NCBI GenBank assembly: GCA_041674405.1
Contig: JBAYVT010000005.1
Span: 7,120 to 71,119 of the forward strand
Origin: Patescibacteria group bacterium
Lineage (GTDB): Bacteria; Patescibacteriota; UBA1384; XYA2-FULL-43-10
Direction of reading: 5' to 3'
DNA length: 64,000 bases
The notes below the pieces were generated by a model, which was not told the origin of the DNA, made no database searches, and was given only the letters and a program-made list of their open reading frames with translations. Below are positions 45,078 to 53,543 of this stretch, piece by piece; the stretch's first letter is position 1, and each line of letters starts with the position of its first letter. Both the position numbers and the translations under genes were made by a program.

Positions 45078-46541
45078 ATGGGAATATTTGACCGATTCCG
45101 CGGCGGCGGAAAACCAAGTGATCCAACGATAAATATTGAAAAAGAAGATTTGCAGCCGACAGACAAAGAAATTAAAGAAGCCAATAAGACCAAAATGGAT
45201 GAGGCTCTCAATGACCCCAAATTTACGGCGTTTCTTGAAAAATTTGGCGATACTGAAACAGTTGATGTAGGTGAAGATAGTTCGGAAATTCTTGAACGTT
45301 ATGAAATGTATCAGACAATCGGTTCTGCTTCAAAAGAAATTAAGTCAGTATTGCGCGAAGAAATATTTGCCGACACCCAAATAAATCTCACTGACAAGGA
45401 GTTGGAATGTGTTAATGAGTTCATGGAAAGCTTGGCAGTCGAAGGCGGCAAAGGCACAATAGAGACTATCACCAAGACTATGGCCGAATTTAGAGAACTC
45501 AAGCGGCAAATTGAAACAGAAGAACAAGGTCTATCTCAACGATCCGAGGCATTTGAAAAGAGAAAAGCCGCATTTGACGCAGCCAAAGATATCAAGCCCT
45601 ATAAACGTGTATTGGAAAGATTTTTAAGCAAAGACGAAGCTGGGGCAATTCAGGAAGCGAGAAAAGCCGGCGTTGAGGTAGCCGGTTTCGGCAATCGTAA
45701 TTTGGCGGCTAAGGAAGAAGAATTTAAAACCGAAGGATCCACCATAGACAATCTCAAATCTGCACAGGAAGCGAGGCGCAAACAATGTGCCGAAGCAAGA
45801 GAAGTGCTTCTTGGGCAGTTTGCCGAAGATTCCGGAGCAATGAACGCAATACGGCAAAAGATTGCTGACCGCCTCACCGGCATGGTGACCGAAGAAAGCA
45901 AGGCGGGCAAACTCGATGACGCACAATCACAGCTCGAACAATTCAAGTCAGTAGATAGCCGCTATGTCGACGAGGAAAGATTGGGCGAAGATTTTCAGAA
46001 AGAATTGGATAAATACTTAAAAGAACGCCTCGGTGAAATGATCAAAACCACCCTAGGAAAACTAAAATCTGAGCGCGGTCAGCTAGATACGGCAAGAAGA
46101 AATTTAGACCAATTCTTCAAACGCGAGGTGATGGGTTCTGCTTCCGGTGAAGAAGTAAAGGAATTTGTCGGCCAAACCATCACAGAGGCTTATAAAGATT
46201 TGAGCTATCCACAAAAGCTTCTGGTACGAAAAGTTTGTGCAGAAAATGGGATCGATTTAGCAAATTATGTTACAAAGACAGAACCTAAGCCTGAAGATGA
46301 TGAAGAAACCAAAGGTGGTTCGAAGGATTCCGAATCCTCTGTAACAGGGTCTGTGGAAGCCGAAAAACAGGAATCACCTGCTGGATGGCATGTTGAAGAT
46401 GGAGTTTGGGTTCGCGATACAGCTCCTGCTTCAGCAGAAAATCCAGGCGCGGATGGTCCAAAAATTATTAACCCGACAAAAGCTTCTACTCCTGAAACAT
46501 CAGCAGAAAATCCTGATGCCGGCCATGATCAAGCTATTTAA
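45078..46541 (+). CDS. Hypothetical coiled-coil protein (487 aa), Glu/Lys-rich
   Basis: AAAGGAAG RBS. Predicted long alpha-helical regions. No recognisable catalytic motif. Confidence 0.45.
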   Translation: MGIFDRFRGGGKPSDPTINIEKEDLQPTDKEIKEANKTKMDEALNDPKFTAFLEKFGDTETVDVGEDSSEILERYEMYQTIGSASKEIKSVLREEIFADTQINLTDKELECVNEFMESLAVEGGKGTIETITKTMAEFRELKRQIETEEQGLSQRSEAFEKRKAAFDAAKDIKPYKRVLERFLSKDEAGAIQEARKAGVEVAGFGNRNLAAKEEEFKTEGSTIDNLKSAQEARRKQCAEAREVLLGQFAEDSGAMNAIRQKIADRLTGMVTEESKAGKLDDAQSQLEQFKSVDSRYVDEERLGEDFQKELDKYLKERLGEMIKTTLGKLKSERGQLDTARRNLDQFFKREVMGSASGEEVKEFVGQTITEAYKDLSYPQKLLVRKVCAENGIDLANYVTKTEPKPEDDEETKGGSKDSESSVTGSVEAEKQESPAGWHVEDGVWVRDTAPASAENPGADGPKIINPTKASTPETSAENPDAGHDQAI

Positions 46542-46561
46542 TTAATTTTTGAAGGAAAATT

Positions 46562-46852
46562 ATGGCAAATAACATTGAAGAAATTGAAAAATTGCTAAAA
46601 GAAGGCAAGAAAGACGAAGCTAAAAAATTGATCACCGATCTCGTCTCTCAAGACATGAGCGACAAAGAAAGAGGCTCAGTATATACCGATCTAGCCCTTG
46701 CTTACATGGAGATCAGCAATGAAATTAATCGAAAATATCTGGAAGAATTGCGAGAAATTTCTGCCGGTTTAAAAGAAATTGACCAAATCGATACAGCTAA
46801 CAACTCCGAGTTCGAAAAAGCTCAGGCACGCAAGAATATTTTAGACTCGTAA
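46562..46852 (+). CDS. Hypothetical small helical protein (96 aa)
   Basis: The ORF starts 20 nt after the upstream stop. No recognisable motif. Confidence 0.35.
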   Translation: MANNIEEIEKLLKEGKKDEAKKLITDLVSQDMSDKERGSVYTDLALAYMEISNEINRKYLEELREISAGLKEIDQIDTANNSEFEKAQARKNILDS

Positions 46853-46854
46853 AT

Positions 46855-48075
46855 TTATTTTTCTTTCAAAGATCGCATTAGTTCTAAATATGCCCAAAGG
46901 TTGTGGAGTGTTGCAAGCCGCAGCCCCAGTATTTCGTTTTCACGCAAAAGATGTGAAATATATGCTCTCGAAAATCCGCCAATACATGCCAAACAGCCGC
47001 AATTTTTGTCAATCGGCATAGGATCGGTACGGAACTTCGAATTCATCAGATTTACCAATGAATAGCTTCCGGAGTCATTATTTTTTTGTTTTTCGTTATT
47101 AGCTTTGATGTAGACGCTTCCGTGGCGGGCTAATCTTGTTGGTAAGACACAGTCGAACATATCCATGCCCAGCTTTGTTGCTTTTATAATATCATCCGGC
47201 GTTCCCACACCCATGAGATATCTGGGCTTATTTACCGGCAATATCTCCCCCATTAGTTTTACAGTTTTCCACATGTTGCGAGTTTCATGATCAACTGCTA
47301 ATCCACCCACAGAATAACCATCGAAACCAAGGGCAATCATTTCTTTGGCACATTGCCTGCGCAGGTCAAGGTCAAGCCCACCCTGGACAATGCCAAATAG
47401 CGCGGGCTTCGCCCGCTCATTGTTGTATTGTTGTATTGTTGTATTGTTTTCATCAGCAATTTGACAATTTGACAATTTAGCCATTTGACTATCGAAATAT
47501 TTTTTCGATCGTCTTGCCCATTCGATTGAAAGGAGCGAAGCCTTCTCGACTTCCTTTGCACTCGCCTTTCCGCTTGGACACCAGTCGAGCGGCATCATAA
47601 TATCCACCCCGAGATCAAGCTGAATCTGGACAACCTTCTCTGGAGTAAAAAAATGTTTCGAACCATCTAAAAAAGAGGTGAATTCGACGCCATCATCTTT
47701 TATTTTGACGAGTGAATTTCTTCCTTCTCCGCGCTCTCCCAGAGAAAAAACCTGATATCCGCCGGAATCAGTAAGGATCGGCTTATTCCAACCCATGAAC
47801 TTGTGAATTCCGCCGAGCTTCTTAATCAGTTTCTCGCCCGGACGCAAATAAAGATGGTAAGTATTGGCAAGTACAATCTGTGCACCAAGACTTTTAAGCT
47901 CTTCCGGTGAAACTCCTTTTACACTGGCTTTCGTGCCAACAGGCATAAAAAAAGGAGTCGAGATCTCGCCATGCGCCGTCTCAATTTCGCCGACTCTCAC
48001 ACCGCTCTTTAGTTTTTCTTTTAACTTAAATTTCATGCTTTTAGAATCAAATTCAACGATACGATATATTATCAA
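46855..48075 (-). CDS. tgt: Queuine tRNA-ribosyltransferase (tRNA-guanine transglycosylase) with low-complexity insertion
   Basis: FFMPVGTKASVKGV, LANTYHLYLRPG, the catalytic FGIVQGGLDLDLR motif and the C-terminal zinc site CGCLAC. An insertion SNCQIADENNTTIQQYNNERAK is encoded by tandem 8-mers. Confidence 0.85.
   Translation of the reverse strand: MIIYRIVEFDSKSMKFKLKEKLKSGVRVGEIETAHGEISTPFFMPVGTKASVKGVSPEELKSLGAQIVLANTYHLYLRPGEKLIKKLGGIHKFMGWNKPILTDSGGYQVFSLGERGEGRNSLVKIKDDGVEFTSFLDGSKHFFTPEKVVQIQLDLGVDIMMPLDWCPSGKASAKEVEKASLLSIEWARRSKKYFDSQMAKLSNCQIADENNTTIQQYNNERAKPALFGIVQGGLDLDLRRQCAKEMIALGFDGYSVGGLAVDHETRNMWKTVKLMGEILPVNKPRYLMGVGTPDDIIKATKLGMDMFDCVLPTRLARHGSVYIKANNEKQKNNDSGSYSLVNLMNSKFRTDPMPIDKNCGCLACIGGFSRAYISHLLRENEILGLRLATLHNLWAYLELMRSLKEK
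47419..47488. repeat. Two adjacent tandem 8-mer arrays (ATTGTTGT x about 4; CAATTTGA x about 4) inside the tgt coding region
   Basis: Read directly in the sequence. The unit length is not a multiple of 3. The insertion is in-frame overall. Confidence 0.7.
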
Positions 48076-48170
48076 AATTTATCTTGAAGATTGTATCAAA
48101 AACGACCCAAACTCTCAAGAGAGCGGGCCGTTTTTGTTTACAATACCTTAGCTATAACTAGATATCGTAA

Positions 48171-48713
48171 TTATTTCAATTCAACTGTTGCGCCGGCTTC
48201 TTCAAGCTTCTTCTTGGCGGCTTCAGCATCTTCTTTTTTCATGCCTTTAGCAAGCTCTTTTGGAGCGCCGTCAACTAAATCTTTGGCTTCTTTAAGACCA
48301 AGATCGGGCTTGATTTCACGCACAGCCTTAATAACTTGGATTTTCTTGTCTCCGGCTGAAGCAAGAATTACGTCGTATTCCGACTTCTCTTCCGCTGCTT
48401 CTGCTGCACCGGCACCACCAGCTGCTACTGCGCCGGCCATTGCGACTGGGGCAGCTGCAGAGACACCAAATCTCTCTTCAAGCTCTTTGACAAGTTCTGA
48501 AAGCTCAAGCACGGAAAGATTCTCAATCTCTTTAATAAGATCTTTAAATTTGCCGGATGGAGCTGGTTTTTCAGCTTTTTCTTCCGCTTTTGGCTCTTCT
48601 TCTTTGGCCTCTTCTTTAGCTTCCTCTTTGACTTCCTCGGCCGGGGCTTCGGTAGTCTCGGTTTCTTGCGTTGCCTCGACGGCAACTTCTTCTTTTTTCT
48701 CTTCGTCTGCCAT
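48171..48713 (-). CDS. rplL: 50S ribosomal protein L7/L12 with about 50-aa acidic N-terminal extension
   Basis: Core [24 protein letters not shown]...[11 protein letters not shown]...[16 protein letters not shown] matches L12. GGAG RBS. The extension is [49 protein letters not shown]. Confidence 0.85.
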   Translation of the reverse strand: MADEEKKEEVAVEATQETETTEAPAEEVKEEAKEEAKEEEPKAEEKAEKPAPSGKFKDLIKEIENLSVLELSELVKELEERFGVSAAAPVAMAGAVAAGGAGAAEAAEEKSEYDVILASAGDKKIQVIKAVREIKPDLGLKEAKDLVDGAPKELAKGMKKEDAEAAKKKLEEAGATVELK

Positions 48714-48767
48714 GTTAACTCCTATAAAATTTAACTAAGAACTAATAATTAAAAACCGACAACCAAT

Positions 48768-49289
48768 TTAACTTATTTTTTCTCTGTATTGCGAAAGCAC
48801 ATTTACAAGCCCGCGGATATTGCCGAGAAGGACATTGACCATACCAGAAAGTGGAGCGGCGAGTGAGCCAACCACCTTGGCATACAACTCTTCTTTTGAA
48901 GGAAGCGATGCCAATTGCTTAATCGCTCTCTCGTCGATGTATTCGTTTTCCAAAATTCCACCCAAAACTTCAATTGCTTCATGCTCTTTGGCAAAAAGAT
49001 CAATTTCTTTAGCGGGAGCAACTTCGTCTTCTGTCGCAAATGCGATTGCTAAGGGCTTATCTAAAAGCTCGGGGGCAACTTTGATTCCAGTATTCGACAG
49101 CGCAATTTTAAAAAGCGTGTTTTTGGTCACATGAAAATGGACTTTTTTCTCTCGAAGCCTGTTTCGAAGCTCTTCGGTTTCAGTTACTTTAAGCCCTTTG
49201 TAGCCGACCAAAACCGCACTTTTCGACTGCTTTAAGTGCTCGGTCAAAGTCTCAATCAATTTTTCTTTGTATTCTCGTGTTTTTGGCAT
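48768..49289 (-). CDS. rplJ: 50S ribosomal protein L10
   Basis: MPKTREYKEKLIETLTEHLKQSKSAVLVGYKGL fits the L10 N-terminus. GGAG RBS. The ORF is open to 49334. Confidence 0.8.
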   Translation of the reverse strand: MPKTREYKEKLIETLTEHLKQSKSAVLVGYKGLKVTETEELRNRLREKKVHFHVTKNTLFKIALSNTGIKVAPELLDKPLAIAFATEDEVAPAKEIDLFAKEHEAIEVLGGILENEYIDERAIKQLASLPSKEELYAKVVGSLAAPLSGMVNVLLGNIRGLVNVLSQYREKIS

Positions 49290-49455
49290 TGTTGCTCCGA
49301 TGATATTAAAAATATCTGCGTAAACCGCAGACAAATATCAAACTTAAAAAGTTTGAGGTTATCCTACACAAGATATTTAATCTCGCCCCGACAGGACGGA
49401 ACTTGTGGTCTGCGGATTACCTGTTTAATTTAGCAAATTTCTCGAAATACGTCAA

Positions 49456-50247
49456 CTATTTTTTCGAAACGGCGAATCGGACGCTTGGACCCATTGTGGA
49501 GGCAAGATATGCCGAAACAATTTTGCCCTTAGGAAGCGCGGAAAGAATTGCGTCAATGTTTGCTTGAATATCTTCATCTTTGAATGAAACCCTGCCAACC
49601 AAAACATGGACAATATTCGTTTTATCAGCTTTGAATTCCAGTTTTCCACCCTTGAATTCAGCCGCAACTTTTGTGACATCATCAGTCACGGTTCCTGTTT
49701 TCGGGTTCGGCATCATACCCTTCGGCCCGAGAATTTTAGCTAGTTGCGCCAATTTTGGCATCATAGCCGGGCTTGTAACCACTAGATCAAAATCGATTTT
49801 TCCAGACTTTACTTTTTCAACAAATTCATCAATATTTTTTTCTGTTACTTCTGCAACATTTTTTTGCTTTGCAGCGCCGCCCGGCAAATTCACTGTGCCG
49901 CGAATGTTTTCTGTTTTTTTATCTATTCGAACATGTAGTTCGATTGAAGAATCAAATTTGGTAGTCGACGTTTCTTTAACCAATTTAATAGCATCGATTT
50001 CTTCGTATGTCTCACTTTTTTCAATCTTTGTTTCAACTTCACGATATTTTTTGCCGTGACGAGGAGCTTTTCGGATATTTTTAATAACCGCTTCGGCTTT
50101 TTTTTCTGCTTTAGCTTCTGCTTTGGCTTCTTCAATTTCCTTCTTGATTTCTCGCTCTCGCTCTTCTGCAGCCTTCAAAATCTTTTTTTCGTCAATGATT
50201 TCTTCTTCAGTGACTTCGCTTACTTTTTCTTCTTTTTCTTTCGCCAT
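49456..50247 (-). CDS. rplA: 50S ribosomal protein L1 with KE-rich N-terminal extension
   Basis: HGKKYREV...IELHVRIDKK... matches the L1 core. AAGGAG RBS 8 nt upstream of ATG 50247. The ORF-track start at 50340 is a TTG further upstream. The extension is MAKEKEEKVSEVTEEEIIDEKK... Confidence 0.8.
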   Translation of the reverse strand: MAKEKEEKVSEVTEEEIIDEKKILKAAEEREREIKKEIEEAKAEAKAEKKAEAVIKNIRKAPRHGKKYREVETKIEKSETYEEIDAIKLVKETSTTKFDSSIELHVRIDKKTENIRGTVNLPGGAAKQKNVAEVTEKNIDEFVEKVKSGKIDFDLVVTSPAMMPKLAQLAKILGPKGMMPNPKTGTVTDDVTKVAAEFKGGKLEFKADKTNIVHVLVGRVSFKDEDIQANIDAILSALPKGKIVSAYLASTMGPSVRFAVSKK

Positions 50248-50349
50248 TTTTCTCCTTATGTGGTCAAGCGACCGCCCGAGGCGGCCTCCCACTAAATTAA
50301 TTAACACAAAATTTATATCAAAAAAAACAAGAATGTTCAACCTTTTTCA

Positions 50350-50378
50350 TTGACTGTATTGAAAAAACATTGTATATT
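50350..50378 (+). promoter_or_regulatory. Sigma70-like promoter (TTGACT, 17 bp, TATATT) for GC-rich cassette D
   Basis: Read directly in the sequence. Confidence 0.45.
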
Positions 50379-50421
50379 CTTCCTACCCCTTGCGATACTC
50401 CCAAAGAGAGGAGGTGGCAAC

Positions 50422-50673
50422 ATGTTGGATCAGATGCCGGCAGAAACAAGCGCCGCTGCCAAGCAACTCGATGAGGCAATATTGGCAACACTCTCTGCTG
50501 AAGCTGGTCTCCCCTATCCAGTGCTGGCCATACTGGATTCTGTTCGACATCGTACCCAGTCAAGGATAGAAGAACATGCCTTGCTCAGACGACTAGGCCA
50601 CTTAGTGCAGATGGGCACAATCAAGCAAGACCGGGACCGCCGCTCCGGCTCACCAAGATGGCGAATCCGATAG
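50422..50673 (+). CDS. Small (83 aa) putative winged-helix regulator-like protein in GC-rich cassette D
   Basis: GGAGGTG SD 5 nt before the ATG. LDEAILATLSAEAGLPYPVLAILDSV...EEHALLRRLGHLVQMGTI matches a wHTH pattern. GC-rich. Followed by a GGGGGAGGTG plus GTG 9-codon mini-ORF and a terminator. Confidence 0.4.
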   Translation: MLDQMPAETSAAAKQLDEAILATLSAEAGLPYPVLAILDSVRHRTQSRIEEHALLRRLGHLVQMGTIKQDRDRRSGSPRWRIR

Positions 50674-50713
50674 GGGGAGGTGATCGTGTTGCCTCACACG
50701 ATCAATAGCCGAT

Positions 50714-50750
50714 GACGGCCCGCATCCCCGCGGGCCGTCAAAGCTTTTTA
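50714..50750 (+). terminator. Rho-independent terminator (GACGGCCCGC-ATCCCC-GCGGGCCGTC then AAAGCTTTTT)
   Basis: A perfect 10-bp GC stem. It also lies immediately 3' of pth on the opposite strand. Confidence 0.6.
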
Positions 50751-51371
50751 ATCAGACATTTTAGTACTCAAGGTCGTTGCCTTTATCGGCTCTTTTGATC
50801 CGATAAAATTTAGAATATATTCGTTCGCAATATCTATGGCTGAATCGATAATTTTTTTTTCGCGATCACTAAATTTTGATAGAACAAAATCCTTTGTATC
50901 GATTGGTCCGTCAACTTTTTCGACAACCTGTTCCCCGCCGTTAATTGGCAAAATTCCAATTCTAACACGAATAAAACCGTCAGACCCAAGCGTATCAATA
51001 ATGTTTTGAATCCCATTATGTCCGGCACTGCCGCCTTTTAATTTAATTTGGGCATGGCCAACAGGGATATCGATATCATCATGATAAACAATAAGCTGGC
51101 CTATCCCAGCCTTGTAAAACTGCAGTATTTTATTTACAGCCTCACCCGATAAATTCATAAATGTATTAGGCTTTACAAAGATTACTTTTTCGCCTTTTGT
51201 GCTGACTTGGCATATTTCAGCGTTAAACTTTTTATCAAAATGAAGTTCATTTTCATTCTCAACGCATAACTCCTTTTCTTTAAGCAGCGCATCTATGGCA
51301 AAAAAACCCGCATTGTGGCGAGTGCCTTCGTACTCTTTGCCATGGTTACCAAGGCCTACAATAATTTTCAT
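50748..51371 (-). CDS. pth: Peptidyl-tRNA hydrolase
   Basis: IIVGLGNHGKEYEGTRHNAGF N-terminal motif and the catalytic His. Confidence 0.85.
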   Translation of the reverse strand: MKIIVGLGNHGKEYEGTRHNAGFFAIDALLKEKELCVENENELHFDKKFNAEICQVSTKGEKVIFVKPNTFMNLSGEAVNKILQFYKAGIGQLIVYHDDIDIPVGHAQIKLKGGSAGHNGIQNIIDTLGSDGFIRVRIGILPINGGEQVVEKVDGPIDTKDFVLSKFSDREKKIIDSAIDIANEYILNFIGSKEPIKATTLSTKMSD

Positions 51372-51384
51372 ACTTCCTCATACT

Positions 51385-51705
51385 TTAAAGGCCAGGAATA
51401 TTCAAACTTCCCGCAATAGCCTTCATCTTTTCAGCAGCATGGGCCTGAGATCGTGAAACAGCCTGTGAAACTGCATTTTTTAAATCATTCTCCAATGCCC
51501 TCTTGTTTTCCGGCTTCAAGGATTCCTCGTCAATATCAATATCGGTTAAATGCTGTTCTCCATTGAACACAACTGTAACCCAACCATCATTGCTTTTGGC
51601 TTCAATCTCGGTATTTTTAAGTTCTTTCTGAATTGCTCTCGCTTTCTTCTGAAGTTCGTACAATTCTTTTGCTTTGGAAAAATCTACCATATAATCCTTT
51701 CTCAA
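51385..51705 (-). CDS. ybaB: Nucleoid-associated protein YbaB/EbfC
   Basis: 106 aa. The coiled-coil N-terminus and the GWVTVVFNGEQHLTDIDIDEE core match the YbaB family. Confidence 0.75.
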   Translation of the reverse strand: MRKDYMVDFSKAKELYELQKKARAIQKELKNTEIEAKSNDGWVTVVFNGEQHLTDIDIDEESLKPENKRALENDLKNAVSQAVSRSQAHAAEKMKAIAGSLNIPGL

Positions 51706-51736
51706 ATTAGAAGTTTGAATTTGATTTTTTAATGTT

Positions 51737-52411
51737 TTATGCAGAAAACATATTTTTTATTGCGAAGATAAATATACTCAAAATAAATGCAAGTATCAAT
51801 AGAGCAAGAACCGTAACCAAAATCGAGATAAGCTCAGGTGTCGCCAGAAACCCTAAAGAAGGCCTAAAATGTGTATAACGGAAAATAATAAAAACCACAA
51901 ATAGTATCACCAAAATTGAAACAAGAATATTTCTCATATCCACTACTGATGGTGTCATCGTGACAGCGATAGATAAAATTAAGTAAAAAGCCACAATTGT
52001 TGATATGCTGGTAAAATTGAGGGACTTCATCGAATCAATGAACCAATGAAAGATGCTTTGAGCATTAAATGTGACCTCGCTGACATTCAGCGTTTTGAAA
52101 CCAATAAATTTTGACAAAAAATAGATTGCCAAAGCGCCGATCACAAAAGGAGAAAGAGAAATCAATATTGGGCCAATTATTGGTATTTTGGAGTGGCCAT
52201 GTTTAACCTCGCCGCCATCAGATTTAAAAAAATTAATTGAGACAACTTTTGCACCAGTTAACAAGCAAAAGAAAGCATGAGAAAGTTCGTGAAGGATTAT
52301 TCCTGGAGCAACAAAAATTCGGTAAAAACCGCCAGTAGCGTATGACAACATCATATTAATCCCAAAAGATAGCACAAGAATCGATAATATTATGATTGTA
52401 AATTGCAGCAC
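51737..52411 (-). CDS. Polytopic membrane protein with HExxH motif in TM context (putative zinc metalloprotease, M50/DUF3267-like)
   Basis: ILHELSHAFFCLLTG within the second hydrophobic segment. About 6 TM helices. Confidence 0.4.
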   Translation of the reverse strand: MLQFTIIILSILVLSFGINMMLSYATGGFYRIFVAPGIILHELSHAFFCLLTGAKVVSINFFKSDGGEVKHGHSKIPIIGPILISLSPFVIGALAIYFLSKFIGFKTLNVSEVTFNAQSIFHWFIDSMKSLNFTSISTIVAFYLILSIAVTMTPSVVDMRNILVSILVILFVVFIIFRYTHFRPSLGFLATPELISILVTVLALLILAFILSIFIFAIKNMFSA

Positions 52412-52427
52412 TTCACCCCTCTTAAAA

Positions 52428-53465
52428 TTAATTATCTACAATACTTTTATCTTTATTGAAATATTTTAATTCAGCTTCGATAAATCCATCTAAATTCCCA
52501 CCTAGGACGGAATCAGGATCTTTTGATTCGTATTCAGTCCGATGATCTTTTACCATTTTGTAGGGATGGAGTATATATGATCTAATTTGGCTCCCCCATT
52601 CAGGTTCCATGCTTTCACCACGCAGCTCCTCGATTTTTTCTTTGTGTTGAGACTCGAGCATCTTTGCCAGGCGCGCTTTTAGCACGCTCATTGCATTTTC
52701 TTTGTTTTGCAGTTGCGATCTTTCATTTTGGCAAGTAGCCACAATTCCAGTTGAAATATGAGTTATTCGGACAGCCGAATCAGTAGTATTTACTCCTTGA
52801 CCACCCTTACCACTGGAACGAAAAGTGTCAATTTTCAGATCGCTTTCTTTTATCTCAAGTTCTTTATTGTTTTCAACTTTGGGCATCACCTCAACGAGAG
52901 AAAAAGAAGTTTGTCGCAGAGCTTTGGCATTAAATGGCGATTGCCTGACAAGCCGATGCACACCGCCTTCACCTTTTAGCTTTCCGTATACATAAGAGCC
53001 ATCAATTTCCAATGTTGCGCTTTTTATTCCAGCAATACCACCTCTGGATTCATCGATGATCTTTACATCATACCCATTAGACTCCGCCCACCTAATATAC
53101 ATCCGCATGAGCATTTCCGTCCAATCTTGGGCATCGTCTCCTCCAGCTCCGGCATAGAAATTTAGTATAGCTGAGTGGTCATCATATTTGCCCGAAAAGA
53201 GTGCAAGGAGCTCCAATTTTTCAATTTCAGGAATCAGGGAATTCAGTTCGTTTTCGTCCGCTATTTCAGCCAATTCAGATAATTCATCAAATTTTTCGGC
53301 CAGCTCTTTAAGATCTTTAAGCTCTCTTGCTTTCTCGTTTGACAAATTCTCGTCTGCCCAAAAAGAAGGAGAGCTCATTTCTTCTTCGATTTGTTTAATT
53401 CTATCCTTTTTTTCTCCGATATGAAGCAAGGTCTCCAAATCGAATAATCGTTTTTTTGCACCCAT
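52428..53465 (-). CDS. prfB: Peptide chain release factor 2 (no programmed frameshift)
   Basis: SPF tripeptide (RQSPFNAKA) and GGQ (SGKGGQGVN). The ORF is contiguous from its ATG. Confidence 0.85.
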   Translation of the reverse strand: MGAKKRLFDLETLLHIGEKKDRIKQIEEEMSSPSFWADENLSNEKARELKDLKELAEKFDELSELAEIADENELNSLIPEIEKLELLALFSGKYDDHSAILNFYAGAGGDDAQDWTEMLMRMYIRWAESNGYDVKIIDESRGGIAGIKSATLEIDGSYVYGKLKGEGGVHRLVRQSPFNAKALRQTSFSLVEVMPKVENNKELEIKESDLKIDTFRSSGKGGQGVNTTDSAVRITHISTGIVATCQNERSQLQNKENAMSVLKARLAKMLESQHKEKIEELRGESMEPEWGSQIRSYILHPYKMVKDHRTEYESKDPDSVLGGNLDGFIEAELKYFNKDKSIVDN

Positions 53466-53543
53466 AAGTTCATATTACCAGATTCTTGTTTTTCCGAGAA
53501 TAAGAAAACCAGCCCATTGTATCGGGCTGGTTTTCTTATTTAT

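Noticed and set aside
3235-50745. Integron gene-cassette interpretation of the small GC-rich modules
   Set aside because: No integrase (intI) and no attC-like imperfect inverted repeats. Each module has its own promoter, unlike promoterless integron cassettes. The insertion sites share no common core site.
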